Shown in pieces: positions 9,197-16,864 of a stretch of DNA of 53,471 nt. Each line of letters starts with the position of its first letter. Position 1 is the stretch's first letter. The translations under genes and the position numbers were made by a program. The notes under the pieces are model-generated. The model was not told where the DNA came from, searched no databases, and saw only the letters and a list, made by a program, of their open reading frames with translations. Origin of the DNA: Desulfobacterales bacterium (GTDB lineage: Bacteria; Desulfobacterota; Desulfobacteria; Desulfobacterales; C00003060); NCBI GenBank assembly GCA_013375375.1, contig JABXJX010000003.1, positions 1 to 53,471 on the forward strand, read 5' to 3'.

Positions 9197-9242
9197 GGTT
9201 TGACCAAGCTGCCCTCCGGGTTCGGGAAAACCTTGTCAAACC
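9197..9242. repeat. 46-bp hairpin at the right edge of the low-GC island (possible degenerate attC)
   Basis: Perfect 8-bp terminal inverted repeat, GGTTTGAC ... GTCAAACC. It reads as RYYY-GAC / GTC-RRRY, that is the attC R boxes with a compensatory A>G / T>C change. It is shorter than typical attC sites. Confidence 0.3.
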
Positions 9243-9244
9243 AC

Positions 9245-9276
9245 AAAACCCCGCATCTCTTTCTTGAGAAACGGGG
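9245..9276 (-). terminator. putative intrinsic terminator (minus strand)
   Basis: On the minus strand, CCCCGTTTCTCAAGAAAGAGATGCGGGG is followed by TTTTG. It lies downstream of the 9414-9860 gene. Confidence 0.45.
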
Positions 9277-9413
9277 TCGTAGTATTCAGATCATGGCACC
9301 CTCTGTGATTGGGTTTAACGGGACATAAGCGTCTTAGGGCTAAGTACCAGCAAGGTGTTGTTGTGTCAAGGATTTGCGGGGGTGATGTTTGTTGTTACAA
9401 CTCTACACACCTT

Positions 9414-9860
9414 TTAACTCAAGGCCGAAGCGGCATTCAGTGCCTCCTTGGGAGTGGAGACATATTGCACCCCATCCATGTCGGGCCAGGTGGAGAGCCC
9501 GATAACAGGCTTTTTCAGTTTGAGCGCAATACTTATTTCAGACAGGGTGCCGTATCCGCCGGAGATCGCTATGAGCAGGTCCGAGCTTCGCACGATCAGT
9601 ATATTTCTGGCATGGCCCAGGTCGGTCACGATAGGAATGGTGACATAGGGGTTGGCATGGGACCTGTCCGGGCCGGGAAGGATGCCAACGGTCTTTCCTC
9701 CTGCCTCAGAAGCACCCCGGCAGGCACCTCCCATGACACCACCAAGCCCGCCGCATACCAGAATGGCGCCCATTTTGGCTATGCCTTCCCCGACCTTTCT
9801 CGCCTGCTCGTAAACCTCTTTGTCGCAGCTGCCTGCCCCGATTACACCGATCATCTTCAT
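9414..9860 (-). CDS. TIGR00725 / LOG-family (Rossmann, lysine-decarboxylase-like) protein
   Basis: MKMIGVIGAGSCD..LVCGGLGGVMGGACRGA..GKTVGILPG..IAISGGYGTLSE. I chose the ATG at 9860 because AGGAGG lies 6 nt upstream. Confidence 0.8.
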   Translation of the reverse strand: MKMIGVIGAGSCDKEVYEQARKVGEGIAKMGAILVCGGLGGVMGGACRGASEAGGKTVGILPGPDRSHANPYVTIPIVTDLGHARNILIVRSSDLLIAISGGYGTLSEISIALKLKKPVIGLSTWPDMDGVQYVSTPKEALNAASALS

Positions 9861-9957
9861 GGCATACCTCCTAACCCGGACAAGCCGGGACAAAAAAAGA
9901 ACTAATCACGTCTCTTCTCAAGGCGAAAAGCCGCAAAACACGAAAGTTTGTCCCTTC

Positions 9958-10026
9958 GTGTCGGTGTCCGTTTCCCGTGTCCGAAAGAATGAGATCTACG
10001 GACACGAAACACGGACACGGGCACGT
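9958..10026. repeat. long imperfect inverted repeat built from GTGTCCG units
   Basis: Left arm CGTGTCGGTGTCCGTTTCCCGTGTCCG, a 15-nt spacer, then right arm CGGACACGAAACACGGACACGGGCACG. The arms are 27 nt with about 5 mismatches, and TTTT follows. It sits in a divergent intergenic region. Confidence 0.7.
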
Positions 10027-10165
10027 TTTCATGCATATTTTTTTTGTGATTATTTTTTAATTTTCTGTGATAGTTGCTAAGTTCTGGATGATATTATCTG
10101 CCTGATGATTGCAGAACCAATCTTTATATGATATCGGATAATGATCAGATATTAAAGGGGCTATC

Positions 10166-10678
10166 ATGGTTAACAAGCAAGAATCTCCAAACTCCGCAAA
10201 ATCCCGTCCCAAACTGGCCAAGGTTGAGAAAAAGATTATTTCATTGATTCAGGCGGATATCCCTGTGACAAAGCGCCCGTTTTTGGAGATCGCCGAACAG
10301 ATCGGCGTTGAAGAAGGGGTTGTTTTGGAGACCCTGCAAAAACTTTACGACGAGGGCACCATTCGCCGGTTCGGGGCCACGATTCGCCATCAGGTGTCCG
10401 GATTTGAGGCAAATGCCATGGTCGCCTGGCAGGTGGACGAAGACCAGATAGACGAGGTCGGAGAAATGATGGCCGCCTTTGAAGGGGTGTCGCATTGTTA
10501 CAACCGAAATCCGGTCAAAGGATGGCCGTATAATCTTTACACCATGATTCACGAAAAAACCGAGGAGGCCTGTTACAAGATGGCCGAAGCCATGGCCACC
10601 ATGACGTCGGTGAAAAACTACACACTCCTTTTCAGCCGCGAAGAGTTGAAAAAGACTTCCATGAACTACGTTCAATAG
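10166..10678 (+). CDS. siroheme decarboxylase subunit (AhbA/AhbB, NirD/G/H/L family; AsnC-type HTH N-terminus)
   Basis: IISLIQADIPVTKRPFLEIAEQIGVEEGVVLETLQKLYDEGTIRRFGATIRH..GFEANAMVAW..SHCYNR..WPYNLYTMIH is the typical Ahb/NirDL pattern. Confidence 0.8.
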   Translation: MVNKQESPNSAKSRPKLAKVEKKIISLIQADIPVTKRPFLEIAEQIGVEEGVVLETLQKLYDEGTIRRFGATIRHQVSGFEANAMVAWQVDEDQIDEVGEMMAAFEGVSHCYNRNPVKGWPYNLYTMIHEKTEEACYKMAEAMATMTSVKNYTLLFSREELKKTSMNYVQ

Positions 10679-10910
10679 ACTCCTTTTAGCATTCTTTCTT
10701 TTAATGATCTCAGGGTCAAAATGGCACGTCCCAAAATAGCATCAAGGCCTGTAACTGTATGATTAAACAGGCTTTTATTTTCCTGGTATGCCAACTTGGC
10801 CCCCCCCTGTTAATCCTATCCACCTCAAAATAATTCCGCACACAAAGCTTTCTGTCTTCAACATGCAGGATTTATAAGTTTTTCATTATTTTTCCGAAAA
10901 CATCTCCTTT

Positions 10911-10926
10911 CGGCACACTTAATGCA
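10911..10926 (+). promoter_or_regulatory. candidate sigma-54 (-24/-12) promoter
   Basis: cGGCACacttaaTGCAt has GG and GC at the canonical 10-nt separation (consensus TGGCAC-N5-TTGCA). It lies about 50 nt upstream of the small ORF at 10979. Confidence 0.4.
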
Positions 10927-10978
10927 TCAAGACAATTATTAAAAGGATATTAAACCGGGGGAGAAGGAGGCGAAAAAA

Positions 10979-11176
10979 ATGTTACAAGAAGATCTGAGTT
11001 TCCTGCAAATCGTATCAGTCGTAACTTCCCGGTTTGGATGCACGATAGATAGCGTTGATACCGAGGGGAGAACCATTTCGATTACTTGCCCCGGCGGCAA
11101 AGAGCAGGAGATTGAGTGCGCAATGGCTATAGGTGAGGTCATAGAAGGTAAACGCGACATCAAGAACATATTGTAG
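10979..11176 (+). CDS. small hypothetical protein (65 aa)
   Basis: Strong RBS (GGGGGAGAAGGAGG) 7-8 nt upstream of the ATG. No recognisable family. Confidence 0.45.
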   Translation: MLQEDLSFLQIVSVVTSRFGCTIDSVDTEGRTISITCPGGKEQEIECAMAIGEVIEGKRDIKNIL

Positions 11177-11222
11177 TGCAAGGCACGAAACAAGGACCTT
11201 ACCCCGAAGGGAGGTTAGGGGC

Positions 11223-11426
11223 ATGGCGCTCTGGAAGGTTAAAACAGGGGATGATTTTATTTCTTTTGGTGAAGAAACAAGGAGGAAGTTGACCCCGTCT
11301 GCATGCAATGAACCATTTAAAGGGCGTTTCTGGTGCCCCCGAAAACAGTGGTTCTTCAGGGAGCCGTGTCCGTTCATAAACAAGCGGGAGTGCTACAATT
11401 ATCGGCAAATATGCGGTTCATACTGA
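11223..11426 (+). CDS. small Cys/aromatic-rich hypothetical protein (67 aa)
   Basis: RBS GGGAGG upstream. Five Cys residues in the C-terminal 40 aa (CNEPF..WCPRK..CPF..ECYNYRQIC). No recognisable family. Confidence 0.4.
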   Translation: MALWKVKTGDDFISFGEETRRKLTPSACNEPFKGRFWCPRKQWFFREPCPFINKRECYNYRQICGSY

Positions 11427-11462
11427 GGTTGTGTTTTTTAAGAGACTTTTGGTTTTACGTAT

Positions 11463-12032
11463 TCAACCCACGATAATCTCATCAAGGGATCGCTTGGGCA
11501 CGTGGTGAACATCCTGGCTGTCGCGCCAGTACTTGATGTTTCCATCCGGCCCAACGGTATCGATAACAACGGCCTCTCTTGGCTTCCCAAGGGCAATCAC
11601 AAGTAAGATTTCCAGGTGTTCTGGAATGGAGATGGCCTGACGGAGCTCCTTGCGTCTGACCGATCCCACCATGCACCCTCCAAGACCCTTTTCAGCAGCA
11701 CCAAGCAGGATGGTCTGGCAGGAAATGCCGTGATCACAGCCGAACGACTTGGCAATGGTGGTATCGCCCAGCACGATGATATAGGCGGACGGCCTTTCGC
11801 CTTCTGCCGGACCTGCCCAGTCTTTTAAATACCCTGCCCATGCAAGGTGCTTGAAAACAAGGGCGTTTTTTTCAGCGTCACAGGAAATAGTATACTTTAG
11901 GGGCTGCAAGTTGGCGGCAGAGGCACAAAAACGGGTAAGGTCGACAAGTTCTTTTAAGGTTTCGAGTTCTATTGAAACCTCTTGATGAAACCTGCGATAG
12001 CTCCGGTTTTTGCGTACAACATCAGCGATCAT
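11463..12032 (-). CDS. nitroreductase-family protein
   Basis: RSYRRF.., ..AASAANLQP.. and ..DHGISCQTILLGAAEKGLGGC are typical of the FMN nitroreductase fold. Confidence 0.85.
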   Translation of the reverse strand: MIADVVRKNRSYRRFHQEVSIELETLKELVDLTRFCASAANLQPLKYTISCDAEKNALVFKHLAWAGYLKDWAGPAEGERPSAYIIVLGDTTIAKSFGCDHGISCQTILLGAAEKGLGGCMVGSVRRKELRQAISIPEHLEILLVIALGKPREAVVIDTVGPDGNIKYWRDSQDVHHVPKRSLDEIIVG

Positions 12033-12236
12033 GTTGACCTCCTTAATTGATTGTCGATTAATGTCCGACCGAAATGATAATCATTACCCAATATGTAATA
12101 TACTGAAATCCTGGTAGCCTTTCAATCCTAATCTCTCCATTTTGCCTTGACATCACGTACATCTACAAAGTACTTGCTACCCCATGGCGGCGTTGTGCAT
12201 TATCTGTAAGTCACCCGATAACCTGAGGAGGATCCC

Positions 12237-12449
12237 ATGAGAGAGATCTTTGGGCATTGGCCGGGGCGAATTTTTCTTTTTGTCCTGTTCCTATCTGTTG
12301 TAGGATTGTTTGCGGTCACCCCTTTGTTTTCCCGGCCCGTGATTATTATGGGATGGATCACCCTCCCGTTTGCTGTTGGCATCATCTTTCTGCTGGTCTG
12401 GCTTTGTGCTTACCTTGTTTACTATTTCAAGTACTGGCCCTTTCGTTGA
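12237..12449 (+). CDS. small two-helix membrane protein (DUF3311-like partner of SSS transporters)
   Basis: 70 aa with two hydrophobic helices and RBS GAGGAGGA. It sits upstream of a sodium:solute symporter, as is usual for DUF3311. Confidence 0.6.
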   Translation: MREIFGHWPGRIFLFVLFLSVVGLFAVTPLFSRPVIIMGWITLPFAVGIIFLLVWLCAYLVYYFKYWPFR

Positions 12450-12456
12450 CGGCTTC

Positions 12457-12563
12457 GTAAAAAGTCCATCTGCGGCGTTGCGCTTCATCTTTCGTCATTG
12501 CGATCCGCCTGAGGCGGACCTCATTCCTCAAGCTTCGCGCGCCTTGCATCTGGAGCTTTTTAC
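12457..12563. repeat. 107-bp imperfect palindromic (MITE/REP-like) intergenic element
   Basis: The termini GTAAAAAGTCCATCTGC and GCATCTGGAGCTTTTTAC are inverted repeats. The central hairpin is CCGCC-TGA-GGCGG. The element separates two genes that are normally tightly coupled. Confidence 0.6.
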
Positions 12564-12654
12564 TGTGCCGTCCATTTGATGACTTTTTGCGAGATCATTT
12601 TCGTTAGCCCGGATAATATGTTCGGGTTAGTCCCGTGGGTGTGCCGGAGAAACT

Positions 12655-14154
12655 ATGATAGTTGTTGCTTTAGCTGGATTCGGCGTAGTGATATTGCTTA
12701 TGGCTGTTTACGGTTACAAGGTTTCCGCCAAGACCGCCGAAGACTATATGCTTGCGGGAAGGGGTATCGGCATTGCGGTGATGTTTTTCTTTGCCCTCTT
12801 TGCCATCTCAAGCGTGTGGACCTTTTACGCGTATCCGAGCATCCTATACCAGCACGGGCCAGGGTTTGTTTATTTTATATGGGGCTGTGTCGTGGGCTTT
12901 GTCATTCTTTACATGTTCATCGGCCCGCGGCTTTGGGCAGTGTGCCGGTTGAATCGATTCTTGTCGCCCATCGAGGCGATAGCCGCAAGGTATGAGTCAC
13001 CCGGGTTGCGCATTATCGTGGCGATCGTGCTGCTCGGTTCGATTATCCCCTATATTGCCGATCAGTCTCTGGGTGTGGGCCTGGGGCTGAAGGCCATGCT
13101 GGGATTCCCGCCGGTTGTGGGCATTGCCTACATTTCTTTGCTTCTAATTCTTATTGTTATGCTGGGGGGCATGCGGATTACAGCCTGGGTCAACGTGCTT
13201 CTCGGCTTGATCTACGCGTTTGCCTTTCTTGGATCTCTTGTATTTGTCATAGCCAAGGTCTTTCCGGGAGGCCTCTCAGGGGCTGTGACCGTCCTCAAGG
13301 CCAATCAGCCCGCCCTTCTCACTACGCCCGGCCCTGCGGGGTTGTTCAGGCCGGTTGTGACCTCAATTGTGTTTTTAGTGGGGGCATTGGCCTTTACCTG
13401 GCCTCACATTGTCATCAGCACCATGACCGCACAGGACAAGACCATATTCAAATGGATGCCCGCCCTGGCCCTTATCGTGGCCGGCATGCTCTTTTATACG
13501 ATTCCCTTTATCTGGGGCTCTTTGGTGGCGCCCGCCGTCAGTCACATGCCCGGTACCCTGGTCCCTCCTGTTTCCGGTAAGGAGGCGGACAAGATTGTTC
13601 AGATGATTATTAGCGCGTATCTCCCCTCCTGGTTCTCTGCGTTTGTGTTTATGGGGGTTATTGCAGCGGCCGTTTCAACGGCCGCGGTCCAGCTCATGAC
13701 GGCAAGCATTGTCGTAGGAAGGGATGTCGTTCACGGCCTCTTTTTCCCACAGAGCAGCGACCAATTTCTCATCCGAACGACCAAGGTTTCCGTTATTGCC
13801 ATTTTATTGCTCAGCATGGGCATTGCCTTCTGGTACCCTGTTGAGCTGGCCCAATACTTAGTGGGGATTGCCATACCGGGGTTTGCCCAGTGGGCGCCTT
13901 GTCTGGTGGGGGGCATTCTCTGGAAAAGGGCTACCAAAGAGGGGGCACTGAGCGGTATTGTTGTGGGCTCGGCATACTTGATCGTGGGGTTTATCTATCG
14001 GCCTGTTTTGTTCGGCCTGCATCCGGCCGTCCCCACCCTGTTTGTAAATGTGACACTCTTTATAGTAGTCAGCTTGCTCACCAGCGCGTCACGTGACACG
14101 GTGATTCGGATGTTTTTTGATGAAGTGGAAGATTTTCTCTCGAAAAAAGCGTAA
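12655..14154 (+). CDS. sodium:solute symporter (SSS) family transporter
   Basis: 499 aa with about 13 TM helices and an SSS-like sequence throughout. Confidence 0.85.
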   Translation: MIVVALAGFGVVILLMAVYGYKVSAKTAEDYMLAGRGIGIAVMFFFALFAISSVWTFYAYPSILYQHGPGFVYFIWGCVVGFVILYMFIGPRLWAVCRLNRFLSPIEAIAARYESPGLRIIVAIVLLGSIIPYIADQSLGVGLGLKAMLGFPPVVGIAYISLLLILIVMLGGMRITAWVNVLLGLIYAFAFLGSLVFVIAKVFPGGLSGAVTVLKANQPALLTTPGPAGLFRPVVTSIVFLVGALAFTWPHIVISTMTAQDKTIFKWMPALALIVAGMLFYTIPFIWGSLVAPAVSHMPGTLVPPVSGKEADKIVQMIISAYLPSWFSAFVFMGVIAAAVSTAAVQLMTASIVVGRDVVHGLFFPQSSDQFLIRTTKVSVIAILLLSMGIAFWYPVELAQYLVGIAIPGFAQWAPCLVGGILWKRATKEGALSGIVVGSAYLIVGFIYRPVLFGLHPAVPTLFVNVTLFIVVSLLTSASRDTVIRMFFDEVEDFLSKKA

Positions 14155-15544
14155 GGAGCAATGGCGGCTCATCTTTCAACCTGACGGGGATGTGGCTGAT
14201 GTCATGGCCCTGCCGGGGGCCGTTATGGAGGGCCGTATCGCGGGGCGTTACCTGCTCGCATCCGGAGGGGCGCCCGGCACGGTAATCGTCCAAGGGGTTT
14301 GCCGAAAAGGGATCCTGGCAGGTGTGGACGTTGCAGTCGACCACGAGGAAGCGTCCGAGCATGACGTGGATGTGGCATATCAGCCCAGGGGAGGCCGGTC
14401 GAGCCTGCGGCCGGCCGAGACCGTCAACTTTGAGGAGATGATGCTCAATGCCGGCGACGAGCTTGTCTCCACTACGACTGATTCCGGAGACCTGGCCTGT
14501 CTCCTTTACACCTCGGGTACCACAGGACGACCCAAAGGGGTAAGGCTGACTGTGAAGAATTTCGTGTCCGAGCACCAGGCCACCCGAGAATTTATGGAGG
14601 TAACCCCTCAAGACAAGATCATCGGGGTGCTCCCTTTCTTTCATGTGTTCGGGCTTTCAAACGTGCTCTTTCTCGGGCTGGTTAATGGGGCAAGCATCCT
14701 CCTGATCCCTCAATACAGTCCCGGCAGCCTCCTAAAAGCCATCATAAAGAATGATCCTACCCTGATAATCGCCATCCCCACGATGTTTGTTCATCTTCTC
14801 ATGCTGCTTGAACGAAAAAAGACACGCCTGCCCGACAGCATCCGGTTGTGTATGTCAGGTGCGGCCCCATTGCCTAAAGAGATGATTGAGGCCTTTGAAA
14901 ATTGTTCAGGTTCCAGGATCCTTGAAGGGTACGGCCTGACCGAAACAGTGGCGGCCTGCTGTCTCAACCCACCGGACGGCGTTTGCAAGGCAGGCTCTAT
15001 CGGTTTGCCCATCCCGGGGTTTGAAATGAAGATCGTGGATACCAAAGGCAAAGACCTCTTGCCGGGTGAGGTCGGAGAGATCGCTGTAAGAGGCGAAGGG
15101 GTTACTACGGGCTATTATAACCTGACACAGGATACTGAAGAGGCATTCATAGACGGATGGTTTCTCACTGGTGATATGGGATATCAGGACCAGGACGGAT
15201 ATTTTTTTGTCACAGATCGCAAGAAGGAGATCATCATCAAGGGAGGGCTCAATATTTCCCCGAGAGAAGTCGAGGAAGTCCTCCTGAAGAATCCGTTAAT
15301 AAAGGAAGCCGCAGTCATCGGCAGGAAAAAGGGGGAACGGGAAGAGATCGTCGCCTTTGTCACAACTAAGGGAGAGGTTTCAACAAAGGACCTTATCAGA
15401 CACTGCAAAGAGTCCTTGTCAAACTTCAAGGTGCCGGATGAGATCTGTTTCATGGAGACCCTCCCCATGAGTGTTACCGGAAAAGTACTGAAAAAGGAAC
15501 TTGTAGGTGACTACCGGGATGAGCGCAGAATCGAACGGAAATAG
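14117..15544 (+). CDS. chimeric ORF: BPL/LplA-family N-terminal fragment fused to the central and C-terminal parts of an ANL acyl-CoA ligase
   Basis: Residues about 16-95 (WRLI..PGTVIVQGV..DVDVAYQPRGGRS) resemble the first strands of lipoate/biotin ligase-type domains. From about residue 100 there are ANL motifs: LLYTSGTTGRPKGV, GYGLTET, TGDMGYQDQDGYFFVTDRKKEIIIKGG and GKVLKKEL. The start overlaps the SSS gene by 38 nt. Confidence 0.7.
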   Translation: MMKWKIFSRKKRKEQWRLIFQPDGDVADVMALPGAVMEGRIAGRYLLASGGAPGTVIVQGVCRKGILAGVDVAVDHEEASEHDVDVAYQPRGGRSSLRPAETVNFEEMMLNAGDELVSTTTDSGDLACLLYTSGTTGRPKGVRLTVKNFVSEHQATREFMEVTPQDKIIGVLPFFHVFGLSNVLFLGLVNGASILLIPQYSPGSLLKAIIKNDPTLIIAIPTMFVHLLMLLERKKTRLPDSIRLCMSGAAPLPKEMIEAFENCSGSRILEGYGLTETVAACCLNPPDGVCKAGSIGLPIPGFEMKIVDTKGKDLLPGEVGEIAVRGEGVTTGYYNLTQDTEEAFIDGWFLTGDMGYQDQDGYFFVTDRKKEIIIKGGLNISPREVEEVLLKNPLIKEAAVIGRKKGEREEIVAFVTTKGEVSTKDLIRHCKESLSNFKVPDEICFMETLPMSVTGKVLKKELVGDYRDERRIERK

Positions 15545-16436
15545 ACCGGGGCTGGTTCAATCTATTGAAAGGTCGGCCGGATCCTATCCAGGGTCAACGG
15601 CGCTCTACTTTGAAGGGGAGGCCATAACATATAAGGAGCTGAACCTCCGGGCCAATCGGGTGGCCAATGGCCTCAAAGGACTGGGTGTAGAAAAAGGAGA
15701 CAGGGTTGCGATCATGCTCCCGAATATCCCGGAGTTTGTTTACGCCCTTCTCGGCACCCTGAAACTTGGGGCCGTGGCCGTGCCGTTTAACACACTTTAC
15801 AAGGGAGGAGAGATCCTTCATATCCTTAAAGACTCCGGCGCCAAAGTCCTCTTTGCCTTAATCAACTTTGCCCCAATGATCAATGAACTCCGGCCGGAGC
15901 TGCCGGCACTGGAGCAGGTAATCCTGACCGGGGAGCGCAATCTGCTCTTTGCCCACCCTGAAAGCACCGCCTTCATGCAGATAGTCCTTCCAGGGGATTT
16001 TATCAAAGACTTGGATGAGGCCTACCAGAAGACGGGTAACATCCTGTTGAAGGTCATGGAGGCGCTGGGAGTCAAGGAGGCCTGGTACAAGCATTGCGGG
16101 AGCATACGGGTGCGTGGAGAAAAAATCGCGACATTTGTTATTTCAGAGGTGGAAGGTATCGGGCTCATTAATGCGGTGATCTTTTTAGGTCCTTTGGATA
16201 CGCGAGATTTTTTACGCGTGGTATGGGTGCCGCCCGAGATCCGGGATAAGGTGCTGGAACCCCTCACGTCCGTGCAACAGGAGACCGGAACAATACCTTC
16301 GTGGGATCAGGTCAAGGAGACGGCAGTGGCGGCTATTGAGGAGGGGTTTCAAGTGGAGGTCAAGGGAGGCTCAATGGTAAGAGACGAACTCTTCGGCTAC
16401 GAGAAGCTTCGTTCTTTGGCTTATAAAGAGAGATAA
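15519..16436 (+). CDS. chimeric ORF: ANL acyl-CoA ligase N-terminal fragment fused to the C-terminal half of a BPL/LplA-family domain
   Basis: The first roughly 140 aa (TALYFEGEAITYKELNLRANRVANGLKGLGVEKGDRVAIMLPN..GAVAVPFN..) are the usual ANL N-terminus. The rest (LLFAHPESTAF..VRGEKIATFV..LINAVIFLGPLD..VPPEIRDK..) resembles the second half of LplA-type catalytic domains. I chose the ATG at 15519 because of the AGGTGA RBS; a GTG at 15507 is also possible. Confidence 0.7.
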   Translation: MSAESNGNRPGLVQSIERSAGSYPGSTALYFEGEAITYKELNLRANRVANGLKGLGVEKGDRVAIMLPNIPEFVYALLGTLKLGAVAVPFNTLYKGGEILHILKDSGAKVLFALINFAPMINELRPELPALEQVILTGERNLLFAHPESTAFMQIVLPGDFIKDLDEAYQKTGNILLKVMEALGVKEAWYKHCGSIRVRGEKIATFVISEVEGIGLINAVIFLGPLDTRDFLRVVWVPPEIRDKVLEPLTSVQQETGTIPSWDQVKETAVAAIEEGFQVEVKGGSMVRDELFGYEKLRSLAYKER

Positions 16437-16488
16437 AACACAACAAACAGTGATAACCCAATAAACTCAATGAACGGATAAGGGCGGT

Positions 16489-16680
16489 CTACGATACAAT
16501 GATTATCTCTTCATTTTTGATCTTTGCCCACTCTATGTTCTTTTTATGCTCGTCACGGTATTGTTGATTCGTGTCTTGAATATGTGCCATCTCGATCTCG
16601 TTGTTACATTCCGGGCAATGGTACCTGAAGCTTGAAGTGATCTTCATGTCACACCCGCATTGATCGCAAGTTACCTTCAT
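16489..16680 (-). CDS. small zinc-ribbon protein (63 aa)
   Basis: MKVTCDQCGC...YHCPECNN gives two CxxC pairs. RBS GGGGAG lies 7 nt upstream of the ATG at 16680. Confidence 0.5.
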   Translation of the reverse strand: MKVTCDQCGCDMKITSSFRYHCPECNNEIEMAHIQDTNQQYRDEHKKNIEWAKIKNEEIIIVS

Positions 16681-16819
16681 TTTATGCTCCCCGGTCTTTA
16701 TTTGGTTGGCTTGTAGCATGACGTGCCCTTTTAGCATCTTTGGGTTATTTTGTCAAAGTGTTGCCAGCCATGACATACTCGGAACAAGCCCCTGTTTTTC
16801 CTGCCATAATTACATGAAA

Positions 16820-16835
16820 ACACTATATATAGTGT
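16820..16835. promoter_or_regulatory. perfect 16-bp palindrome (operator-like)
   Basis: ACACTATATATAGTGT, in the divergent intergenic region between the zinc-ribbon gene and the response regulator gene. Confidence 0.5.
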
Positions 16836-16864
16836 CTCAGTGCAAGAAAATATACAATATTTAG

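Noticed and set aside
9243-9413. A further attC site, or a tRNA integration target, to the right of the island.
   Set aside because: I saw no AAC...GTT box pair with complementary L boxes and no cloverleaf-like sequence. The hairpin at 9249-9276 is better explained as the terminator of the minus-strand gene.
14395-15945. A shared GGGGAG hexamer at both chimera junctions (about 14396 and about 15931), considered as a recombination microhomology.
   Set aside because: The hexamer sits in different codon phases at the two sites, so a crossover there would not give the observed in-frame fusions. A 6-mer match is expected by chance.
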